Assembly (NCBI RefSeq): GCF_001194135.2
Contig: NC_068992.1
Coordinates: 28,027,038 to 28,091,037, forward strand
Reading direction: 5' to 3'
Source: Octopus bimaculoides
Taxonomy: Eukaryota
Length of the DNA stretch: 64,000 bases
In this document: in pieces, positions 51,790-63,801 of the stretch
Position numbering within the stretch: position 1 is the stretch's first letter
How the letters are laid out: the number at the start of each line of letters is the position of its first letter
Made by a program: the position numbers and the translations under genes
Notes under the pieces: generated by a model
Told to the model about the DNA's origin: nothing
Seen by the model: the letters and a program-made list of their open reading frames with translations, nothing else
The model's database searches: none

Positions 51790-53439
51790 AACGATGAACT
51801 TTTGCTCAGTCTGTGTCTATGAAATTCCACTTGCAAGATATTGGTAGCAGATGCCGTTTGCTGTAAATAGCATGTCGTAAGATCGAGCCGAGTATCATGC
51901 ATTTGTTTGTTCAAAGGAAATATGTCATCAGATTGTAAGATGTGATCTTTCGTTTCTTGTAGAATGGACAGGTTCCACTGATCAGAGGGCCAATATGTTT
52001 TCAGTAGTCACTCCTTGGGGCTTTCTTGATGACGTTGTTGATGACACAGAGGCTGATGCTGAGGCCACAACCTTCGCAGAAATTCTTGGTCAGTGAACAA
52101 GTGTAGTTGTCGTCTATGCGACACGCCTTTCCATTGATCATCCTTTTGAAGAGCTTGCAGCCCTATGTCAAGCACAATAAAATTGAGTGATGATGCGGTT
52201 AAATGCTTTGAGATAGAACTCTCAGACCAAGCTTTCATCAACTTTTCCAAACTCTATTTAAGAGAGGCAGTTACTGTCTTCCGTAAATTTTATGAAAGGT
52301 AGGTGAGAATGTAAAAACTGGTGAAACCAAATGGACATACTCTAGCTATACTATTATAGGTGGACAGCAAGCACTATGTCGGAGTAGTTGTCCCGAATCA
52401 TCCCCTGTTTGGCGTTTCCTTATTTGAGGATCCCTTTTTATGATTTTGTTGTTCTTTATTCTTATTGTCTTCAAATTTTAGCACATGACCAGTGATTTCT
52501 AGGGAGGGTGCAAGTCGATTACATCGACCTCAGTGCTTGACTGGTACTTATTTTATCGACCCCGAAACGGATGAAAGGCAAAGTCAACCTCGGTGTAATT
52601 TGAACTCAGAACATAAAGATGGACGAAATGTCGCAAACCATTTTGCCCGGCGTGCTAACGATTCTGCCTTATTCGTTTTTGATATTTATTTATTAATGTG
52701 TGTAGTTAATGTTGATAGCTTTTACTCCATGCAGAATGTTCAATGTTTTTTATTTTTACTTTGGGTGTATTTGTTTTTATTTTCTTTAACCTATGGCATT
52801 GAAAGTTCCCTGTGTAATGTGTATGTTCGGTGCCTAGTACTGCTACTTTCTGTGTTGTACAGATTGAGAAAGTGTGTGTATGTGTGTATGTGTGTATGTG
52901 TGTTTGAGGATATGTGTTTGCATGTTTTATAATCATTTCAAAGCCACCTATTTATCATTATCGGAATTGTTTCTATTTTGGTTATCTCTACCTTCAGATC
53001 TTTATATTTGGAAGAGAAAGTCTGACCAGGAAGCATTTCCTTAAGCCCTTTAGCATTCAGATAACTCTGTCAAATGCAATGCTTATTTATTCCTATTTTT
53101 TTAGCATCAATCATGCATCATCTCGTAGCTTCGAGATTTCAATGTGACTGTTTATTTTTCTAATGACATTGTAGCGTAAGTATGAGGAGTCAGATCTGAC
53201 CAGGTTTAACATAAAACTGGTAGAATATTTGGACCTGATATGGGTGGTTTAAATGTTAAAGAGTTAATGATCGCTCTTGGACAATCTGTTGGCAGCCGAT
53301 CAAACGCTTTGCACAGAATGGTAGTTAGTTTTTGTTTGTTCAAGGCTGTACTGAATGTATACAATAGATAATGTGTCATATTTGTTTTAGAACTGAAAAC
53401 ATCATGGCGCATAAAGGATGATTATTTGGGTTGTATTTC

Positions 53440-54290
53440 GCATCGTATATAAAATTTTGATTATATTTATGTATTTGGAGATATCTTTTTTTTTTTTTAC
53501 CATACTCAGTTCATAAATTTTCATTGGTTCAATTTAATCTCATCCCTGTATTTTTATTTATTCCCATTTTAGGCCCTTGTATTTTGATAGCCCCTTGACA
53601 TTTATCCGGAGACAGGATTGAGATGTTTATCTAAGTGAATAGGTCATTATTTTTGTTTGATTAAGATATCTGGGTTGGTCACTTTGAGTTCTTCGTGAGA
53701 GTGTGAAGGCATGTTCTACAGCATCATTATCGTATCGTTGTCACGTAACGGACTTGGTGCTTCCTGCTGCTTTTTTTTTTTTTATAGTTTTCATGCTTAA
53801 CAGTCTGTTTATTACCCATTGAATATAGCTACCTTCCCAATAAAATCTATAGATACAGTCTGTATTTGAAAGGAATTGGGCCGTCGGAAATTGAAACTGT
53901 CGATTGTTTCTTTATGTTGAAGCCATGCCGTAGTCTGCAGTTGATATTAACTGCCTGTTTTATCATATTATTCTATTTAAACAAATATTTGTACTGTTAT
54001 GTATTGATCCTGTCCAGCTAAAATCAGCCCTTCCGTTTCTGATTTTAGTTCAGTGTTTTCGATTCATTGTTCGCTTTGTTACTGGTTTACTTCCTCTCAA
54101 TCCTGTCTTGCAAGGATGCTCACATCGGAAAAGTTTTCTCTCTTTTATTTCCTGTATTAGAGTTTATTCCCCCCACCACGGACTTCACTGGTTTTGTCCT
54201 TATCTAAAAACAAATTCCTTTGTGTTGAAATTAGATTCTGTTTTGTAATTGTTTTCCACTTTTATTTAGAGATGAGTTTTTCTGTTTCTA
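53440..54290 (-). mobile_element. R4/Dong-like (RLE-clade) LINE remnant
   Basis: LKSETEGLILAGQDQ (54007-54048) and MPSHSHEELKVTNPDILIKQK resembling the (A)NRPDI restriction-like endonuclease motif; many stops. Confidence 0.7.
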
Positions 54291-54491
54291 AAGTTCTCTT
54301 TCTTTATTGTCATTGTTATTATTAACCAATATACATATTAATTGTGGCCAAAATAGCAGGTAATTGGCAGACTTCAGGCATGTCGTTTCTGTTACCGCAT
54401 TCCTGAACCAACAAATTAAAACAAAATATATAAATGTTGTGTCAATAAAAATATAAGGGTGTCTACAAAACAAGATAAAAATACAAAGAAA

Positions 54492-54591
<100 letters not shown>

Positions 54592-54611
54592 GCATTTACA
54601 TAAATGCATGC

Positions 54612-54642
<31 letters not shown>

Positions 54643-55659
54643 TGTGTGTGTTCATGTGTGTATATGTGTGTGTGTTCATGTGTGTGTGTATGTGTATGAG
54701 GTGACAGGTTGCTCACGAGTCCTACTGGTAACATGGAGCGCAGTACAAGCTGTTGCATAACCGGCAACTGGGTTTTTCGGCCAAGTTCGCTTCGTAAGGA
54801 GGGCTGCTAGAAGGCTGGCAGAAAAATACAAAAAACGAGATGCACCCGGTGGACGGGAAACCAACGTGGGACAAACAATATCTCGTAATAGTACATATTT
54901 TTTTCGATATGTTGACAGTGGGTAAGCGTATCTTTATGATTAGGAAACAAAGGCCCAGCCTATGGAATGTCACCACAGCTCTTCTCTAAGACCTAAGAAT
55001 TTCAGAAGTCAGCAGTCGGTACAGTGAGACACGGTGACTCTCATTTGCCTTGATTTTCGGGAATGTGGCTGTGTCGTGAACACAATGGTAAATTCTAGAA
55101 GCCATTAAGAAGAATAAGATTCTGAAAACGACCCACATACCCTCTGACAATGCAACCACACGCATCTTTGGCAATTGGGTGGTCAGTGGCTCCTCATCCA
55201 CAGAACAGTAGGCATCTGGAGATTTCCGTCAACTACCTATTCAGCCCCATGAAGGACAGTCTCCGGGGGGTGGGGGCAATCAGTTGACGACTTAGGCAAG
55301 GTGAACGTAATTATGAAGAATTGGTACAACAGTACACACCTGGACTTTTTCAAACAAGTTTCGAAAGTTGGGTTTAACAATGGCGCGAATGCATCGCTTA
55401 TGATGTAGACTATGTTGAGTTGTAACTCTGTACAGATGATGAAGTTCTGTACTGTCGCGTACTTCTTTTGTTGATTCTACCTCTATTGGATCTCTCTCTC
55501 TCTCTCCACTGATATTATTATAAACAATAATATCGTCATATATATTTATATAATTTTTATTCACTTAGATCACCTTTTAAAATTTGCTGCGGTATTAAAA
55601 ACGGTCATCGCACACATTGGTTGAGATGAACAAACTCTACGACCCTGGGGGTTAGTAAG

Positions 55660-55717
55660 ACTCGCTGAGGATGAACTAATGGTATTTCTCAAAGTTCGAA
55701 ATCACGGTAATACGGGT
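55660..55717 (+). ncRNA. Near-complete type I hammerhead ribozyme motif
   Basis: Stem I ACTCG/CGGGT; CTGAGGA(55665-71) plus one extra T; stem II GAACT/AGTTC; GAAA(55698-701); stem III T..A around CACGGTA; ATA triplet (55710-12). Confidence 0.55.
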
Positions 55718-57208
55718 ATGTCTGATTTTTCAGTTCCCAATTATTTTCGTCATTGATACGGGGTCTTAGGGTTTTTGCTTATTTGCCCGCTTTCACCTTC
55801 GTGTTTAAGTGAAAACTTGTGACTTGGTCATACTGACTACAATGTTAGCATACCGGTATTGCTTGTTAGTCCCCATAATTATTAATACACACACAAACGC
55901 GCGCACGCGCACGCACACACACACGCACACACAGAGAGGCGTAGGCATGCCTGTGTGGTAAGAAGTTTGTTTCCCAACCACACACTTCCGGATCCAGTCC
56001 ATTGTGTGGCACCTTGGGCAAGTGTTTTCTATTATAGCCTCTGGACGACTAATTCCTTGTGAGTGGATTTGGTAGTTGGAAAATTGAAAGAAACCTATCA
56101 TATATAATATATGTATATTCATTTATATATATGCACGCGCGCGTATGCCCCCACACACACCACATACACATATATACATAATACATATATGTAATATATA
56201 CGCCCACACCATCTTTGACAACCCTGCTGCAAGATGTGCCTATTTTCCAGCCTGTTAGAAACTGACAGCTGAATTATTTCGATAAATTTATAACATTGTA
56301 ATTACATGTATATATATATATATATATATATNNNNNNNNNNNNNNNNNNNNNNNNNNNNNNNNNNNNNNNNNNNNNNATATATAAGACCGCGTTCTGCCT
56401 CATCTTCGAAACGCCTAGTTTAGAATTGAGGCAGCTGATGAAGGAAAAGTTCCATAGGTGGCGCGTCTGTTTTCCTATGTGTTCGTCCTGTTGTCTGTAA
56501 TCAAAGTCCATTTTTGTGCTTTATGTTCCCGTTCCCTTTTCTGACGTCCTGTACCCGGATATGCATCTATATATACATGTAGATGTAGGTATCTACATAC
56601 ATGTATGTATACATGCATATGCTCATATATCATTTGTATTATATATATATATATATACACACACACATAAATTCATACATTATACATAAATTCATTCATA
56701 CTTAAAACACGCACACACACACACGTGTGCGTGTGTTTATACATACATAAAAAATCACCAAAAACCTGCGAAGCTTAGCGGAGCAAGTGAAAAGATTTTC
56801 GAAGTATTCTGCTGTTATGAAAGGTGTTGAGACTTGCCATTTCCGTTGTTCCGTTTCTGTTGCTTTTTCCACACCGTTATAGATCATTCAATTCTCACTT
56901 GTGATCCTTATCAATGTTCATGTTCTCTGGTTCTACGATGACGAACGGGAAGAAATTCCAAACTATAATACTTTTAAGAGGGCCATTTTTGAAACTTTTA
57001 TTCTTTTATTTGTTTACCTGTTTCAGTCATTTGACTGCGACCATTCTGGAGCACCGCTTTAAAGGGTTATTTAGTCGAAGAAGTCGGCCTCAGGACTTAT
57101 TCTTTGTAAGCAAAGTACTTATTCAATCGTTTTTTTGCCGAACCGCTAAGTTACGGGGACGTACACACCAACATCAGTTCTCAAGCGATGGTGGGGGAGA
57201 CAAATATA

Positions 57209-57332
<124 letters not shown>

Positions 57333-57846
57333 CGCACACACACGACGGGCTTCTTTCAGTTTCCGTCTACCAAATTCACTCACAAGGCTTTGGTCGGCCC
57401 GATACTATAGTAGAAGACACTTACCCAAGGTACCACACAGTAGGACTGAACCTGGAACCATGTGGTTGGGAAGTAAGCTTTTTATCACACAGCCACGCCT
57501 AATGTAATTCTATTTTCTGGTCATGTCTTGGGGGATTCCGCCTTTTCCTTTATTATCATCGATCATGTTAATATGTACTTTTACATTCAAATACATTCGC
57601 AGCTATGTGCTTACACACTAAACATTACACACATATGTGTGCGTGTATGCATGTCGAAGAATATAATACACAGTTACATAAACTCACTCGCATGCACATA
57701 CATACATTCGCACACCCGTACACAGACATATATATAACAATGCAATAGGGACCAAGGAGATCTTGGCAAATTAATTGAGAAGCATCTCCAAGTTATACTA
57801 GGCCAAGAAGTTACTCCAAAAGAATATGCCAGTATTCCAATAAACC

Positions 57847-58193
57847 CAGTGGATCTCAACTGGGTCCATATGGCTCCTGAGGGTCCATATAAGATTTTAT
57901 GGGGGCCAACACAACAAAATAGTAAACTGGGGGTCCACAATAGTATTTTAAGGACCCCTGAAAAATTTTGCTTTAGATGTATGTATTAGTATGTATTACA
58001 AGAAACAGCTAGGTTTCTTTCTCTAGCATTTTACATTGTTCAACCTATAGAATTTAATGTGTGAAAAGCAAAATAGGAATTTTGAAAGAAGTTTCTATAA
58101 AACTAACTTTTAATCATTGAATGGCAATAGGGCCACACCAGAATAAAATAGTAGTTAAAGGGGTCCATAGGTAAAAATGGTTGAGAAACCCTG
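57847..58193. mobile_element. hAT-type MITE
   Basis: TIRs CAGTGGATCTCAAC / GTTGAGAAACCCTG; TSD only 5/8 identical. Confidence 0.6.
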
Positions 58194-58924
58194 ATTTAAC
58201 GGGTCTATACAAAGTTAAACACTTGTGTAATGATTTCAGGCATCCTGTAAATCTCTGTAAGTATCAATGGTTTAACTGGTACATATTACACAGTGTATGA
58301 TTTGATTAACAAATAAGAATGGAAGCTCAAAACATCCTTACGATCTATAGATTGATTGTTTCGCTGAATTGAAGTCTGAATCTCACCTGATGAAATAGCA
58401 TGGTTACACAGTATTGTTTTATTCTTTTACTTGTTTCAGTCATTTGACTGCGACCATACTGGAGCACCGCTATGTTACGGGGACGTAAACACAACAACAC
58501 CAGTTGTCAAGCGGTGAGATGGGGGCAAATACAGACACAAATACACACAAACATAGATATATGCATATGTGTGTGTGTGTATGTGTATACATACATACAT
58601 GTACGCATACATAATACGTACATACACACACACACACACACACACAAACACACATATACGACGGGATTCTTTCAGTTTCCGTCTACCAAATCCACTCACA
58701 AGGCTTTAGTTGGTCTGAGGCTATCGTGGATGATACTTGCCCAAAGTGCCACGCAGTAGGACTGAACTCGGAACCATGTGATTCGGGAGTAAGCTTCTTA
58801 CTACACAGCACGTCTGCGCTAGTAGAATTACGTGATGTTATGTAATGCACTATCAATTGTTAAATAAATAATCATGCTATTGAAACGAGTGTAGTACTGT
58901 TTTGAGCTGTCCATTCTTAATTGT

Positions 58925-58982
<58 letters not shown>

Positions 58983-61138
58983 CTGAATTACAAATATAAA
59001 TACAATTTCAAAATACAAATGCTATTCTCACATGTTTATTAAAAAGATATACACACGTACAGTAAATGATTGGTTACACATTACACAATTAGAGAAAAAG
59101 ATACAATAGTTTGACTTAATTTGTCTGATGATTACTTAGACTTGAAACCCAAAACCACAATTACTATATTTCAATTTTTAATCTACTTGTAACGTGGAAT
59201 AGTTTATATAGTTTTCTTTGTATTTAATCATCCATCACATTCTCTGTTGTTCATATATAAACATATTGACATATTAAAATATTGGATAACTATTTGCTTA
59301 ATGATTTTGTTCTGAGAAGCAAGAGCATCGTCTGTAGCCCAATACAGATGATAGTTCGAACTTATGAAGGTAGGTTAGTAGTTAGTGGCGGATGGGGGGA
59401 ACTTAAGTAGTGAAGCAATTTTAAGATGGAAGAAGAATTCGGAAAAATACATTATAGAAATCGGTACACTTTTTGTGGGGAGTGTCGATCTGGAAATGTT
59501 TTTCTATCTTGTGAGCCAAAGCGAATAAAAAGAACAAAAAAATGAGAAATTACGCTCAAACAAAGCTATAGAAGCAGCTTGTTTTAAACATTTTATCTTA
59601 AACGTTACATGTTGTAATGAAGGAATCACCACACGTTTAATGATGTAAAAATCGATTCACTGCATGTCATGTATGACAAAGCATGCAGTGAAGATTTAAA
59701 ATATTTTTAGCTAGGTTAGTGGTTGGGGTCGGCGCTCACGAACGCAAGATCGTGGTTTCGTTTCGTAGACCATGCGGTGCGTTGTATTCTTGAGCAAAAC
59801 ACTTCATTTCACGTTGCTGCCGTCCACTCATCTGTAGACGAGTAACCCTGTGACAGACTGGTGTCCTGTTTAGGGGTTATGCAGTGATCTCGGTTACTTA
59901 CTTGCCTTGGAAACTGGATAACTGACCCGGCCCGATGAGTCCGAGAACTAGATAGAATAGGTCTAGGGGTGGATGATGATGAATTGTGTGTGTCTGGATG
60001 TGTTTGGGAGAGAGAGAGAGAGAGAGAGAGAGGGAGGCTTCGGAGTGAATCTAGCAAAAAGCCATTTTGCCAGTTTTCTTCAAAAGACAAATAAGTATTT
60101 TTTTGTCACTCTCTCCTTTCTTAGAATCCATAATTCATATAAACTATACTGATTTCAAATTTTGGCACAAAGCCAGCAATTATGGCTGGGGTGGTGGGGA
60201 ATGGCTAGTCGATTACATCGACCCCAGTGTTCAACTGGTGCTTATTTTATCGACCCCGAAGGGATGAAAAGCAAAGTTGACCGTGGCAGAATTTGAACTC
60301 AGAACATAAATACAGACGAAATGCCGCTAGGCATTTTCCTCGGCGTCTTAATTCTGCCAGCTCATCGCTTTATTCATGTAAACTATATTCTTTTCTACTC
60401 TCGGCACAAGGCCCGGAATTTTTTGGGAGGGAGCCAATCGATTAGATCGACCCCAGTACTCAACTGGTACTTTATTTATCGACCCCGAATTCGGCGGAAT
60501 TTGAACTCAGAACGTAAGGCCAGACGAAATACCGCTAAGCATTTCGCCCGTCGTGCTAACGTTTCTGCCAGCTTGCCTCCTCTCACGTAAACTGTATTGC
60601 GATAACCTATGAGACTCTATTCTTTCCTCTTGCTCCATTCTTGTGAAAACTGTTACGGTTTATCGTATCTGGGGAAACTGAGTTTTTATCAAACGAAAGA
60701 TTTCACTTCTTTTTTTTTTGTATTCGTATAAAAGCATTGAATCATTTGAGGCCTCTGTAGAAATGAAACCCAGCAAATGAGGGCGAAAGTTGTTGTTATG
60801 GAACTAAAGGTAAATAAAAACAATTTTAGCATGCAGCATTATATATTCAATAAAGGTGGATTTGGCTTGCGGCCCACACTTTGTCGACACCCTACTATAA
60901 AGTTTAGGACACAATAGTTAGAAATAAGTGGAATAAGGTATCTGGGTTAGGATATGGGGAGTAGGGTTTGTTGTATTTCTACCTGAAAACTCCCTGTTAT
61001 TTTGGGCAATTGAGTAAATATAAAAATTTAATAAATGGAGTAATACGCATATGTTAAATGAATTCTTTTATTTCCAACATATGTTTCGAAGATTACAAAT
61101 AGTCTTAAAAATGTCTTGCGGTTAAGCTGGTTCCTATG

Positions 61139-61230
61139 TATTTCCCTGAAGAGAAGATTACATCTTTATCAACATCACTTATTCCTTTGGAAGGAACCAT
61201 TTGTAATCTTCGAAACATATGTTGGAAATA
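61139..61230 (+). ncRNA. Type I hammerhead ribozyme motif (Penelope-like-element type), complete core
   Basis: Stem I TATTTCC(61139-45)/GGAAATA(61224-30); CTGAAGA(61146-52); stem II GAAGATTACA(61153-62)/TGTAATCTTC(61202-11); GAAA(61212-15); C-ATAT-G short palindromic stem III; GTT cleavage triplet (61221-23). Confidence 0.8.
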
Positions 61231-62356
61231 AAAGAATTCATTTAACATATGCGTATTACTCCATTTATTAAATTTATATATATATATTTATATANNNNNN
61301 NNNNNNNNNNNNNNNNNNNNNNNNNNNNNNNNNNNNNNNNNNNNNNNNNNNNNNNNNNNNNNNNNNNNNNNNNNNNNNNNNNNNNNNNNNNNNNNNNNNN
61401 NNNNNNNNNNNNNNNNNNNNNNNNNNNNNNNNNNNNNNNNNNNNNNNNNNNNNNNNNNNNNNNNNNNNNNNNNNNNNNNNNNNNNNNNNNNNNNNNNNNN
61501 NNNNNNNNNNNNNNNNNNNNNNNNNNNNNNNNNNNNNNNNNNNNNNNNNNNNNNNNNNNNNNNNNNNNNNNNNNNNNCTACATATTCTTTCATACTTTCA
61601 GCTTGACCAAAAATGCTTGTGAGTGAAATTTGTTAGACGAGACTTCTATAATTGAGTTGTAGACTAAATCCATAATCCGTTTAAAAACGATGAGCCGGCT
61701 ACCGAAAGCTTTTTGCAGAATTTTCTCTTTGGCAATAACCCATACTCGTTCTTTTGTCTGAAGATCGAACTACGATCTACCATTATCGGAGCGCTCCATC
61801 CCGTGAAAAATTTCATTTGCTTTTTTTCCCTCCTCTTGACTAAGTCATATAAAAGATCTCCTTCGGTCATGAATGACCATGGGATTGCACCTAGAAAGTT
61901 ACCCTTCGAGGCACAAGTCCGGTAGTCGCCTATGTATACCAGCTTCCCCTCTTCACGCCACCGACGTTATCCAAGAGAAAGACAGAGGCTGATACAGCTT
62001 GGCACCTGTGACGTCGCAATTCATTCCTGCAGCTGAGTGAACTGGAGCAGTGTGAAATGAAGTGTCTTGCTCAAGAAAACAGAACACAACCCGGTCCGGG
62101 AATCGAACTTACTACCTCATGATTGTGAGCCCCACGCTCTAACCACTGAGCTATCATATAAATATGAAACAAATCTCTCTGTTTCTGTTTCTCTGTCTGT
62201 CTGTCTGAGTGTCTGTCTATCTCTCACGCACACACACACCCTACAAAGCTAGGTATTCGTTAAATTAAATAAAAAAGAATAACCCCAAAATGAAATGAAA
62301 ATACATTTAAGGAATCAAAAATTAGAATGTACAATAACAAGGACGAGAACTGTCCG

Positions 62357-63068
62357 TCACACTTCTGTTGTAGCTGACCTGAGACTTGTGAGGCGCCACA
62401 TGCGGGAATTTGTTGAGGTAGCTGTCATGTGTCGGTTTTTCTCTTCATGGCCGCATAGTATGGCATTGAAACGTCGACGGAAATTCTGGCTGAAGATGCT
62501 GTAGAGTATCGGGTTAGCGGACGAATTGACATAAGCGATAACAATGGCAATTACGTGGTAAGACCAGTGGTCTTTGAACGCATGAGGCGATATCATTTTA
62601 TAGAACAGCATAATCTCGATGGGTGAGTAACTGATAAAATAGACCAATACACTTATGATAAGCATTTTCACAACTCCCTTTCGCGCTTGAAGTGCATCAG
62701 AAGAGCGCTCGGTTCGACTTCCGGTTTCCGTCCAAGTCATTACAACAGGCCTGTGTAGATGTTCACTACCAAGAAACAATTGTTTTGTAATGATACAATA
62801 AAGAACCATTTGTAAAAGTAAGGGAGCGAAATAATACAAGAAAAACTCTCCAAATTTATAAATCATGAAATAAAGAAAGGAATTTGTTGGAAATCGCATG
62901 CGACAGAAACCAACTGAATCCTTTGACTTGTCATGCATCACCGTATTGAAGAGAAGCGGTGGTAAACCCGTCACCAAAGATATGAACCACACTATGCATA
63001 TCACACAGATGATACGTCTCCGGTTACACACAATATGTGCTTCAAACGGGTGAATAATTCCAATGTAC
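62357..63068 (-). CDS. Class A (rhodopsin-like) peptide GPCR, last coding exon (TM3 end to C-terminus)
   Basis: Acceptor atttttttctctttcag then phase-2 (R)YIGIIHPF, typical of an intron in the E/DRY motif; TM4 W, ECL2 Cys (GFCRMRF), TM5 YFAPL..LY, TM6 ARKGVVKML, TM7 NSSANPILY, helix 8 NFRRRF; stop at 62357-62359. Confidence 0.95.
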
Positions 63069-63737
63069 CTGAAAGAGAAAAAAATACATATGTTAGAAGT
63101 AATATAACATCGTAATTAACTCGTAGAAACATGTTATCAAAACAACTACTATATATTTCGGTTGAAGTTTTGTTTTAAAAGAATTTCACTCATAGTTTGT
63201 AACATTTTGACTTTTCTTTAATTCGCTTTTGAATTTAAACAATCTGAGATAATTTTCCTTCTTTGGCTGCAAGAAAAATTCAGAATTTATAGCGAAAAAA
63301 TGGAGAGTGATATTTTTTTCTATTTCTAAAATTATATTATTTCAGATTCACTGAAAAGAAATTTAGGTGAGAGTAATTATTTTCCTTAGAATCTATGACA
63401 TCATGCCCTTTTCTATTCTTTCATTCTTTTATTGGTTTCATTCATTGAAAAGTGTCCATGCTGTAGCACAAATACTTGCTTCAATGGAAATTTATTCTGT
63501 TTGTTTCCATATTTCTTGAACTGAGAAATGATAGGACATAAAAGGATACAATAAAAACATGCATGCGCGCACGCTCATACACACACATGAATGCATACAC
63601 ACACAAACATACACAGAGTCACACACACATATATACACATGCAAGCACACAACCGGTTTCTGTGCAGTTTATTCCAGCTTAATTCCTCTCAGAAAGAATA
63701 TTGGTCAAGCCGGGGCTTAATAAAAAAACATTGGTCG

Positions 63738-63801
63738 CAACAACAACAACAACGACAACAACAACAACAACGACAACAACAACAACAACGACAACAACAA
63801 C
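63738..63801. repeat. (CAA)n/(CAACAACAACGA)n microsatellite in GPCR intron
   Basis: Direct reading. Confidence 0.9.
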
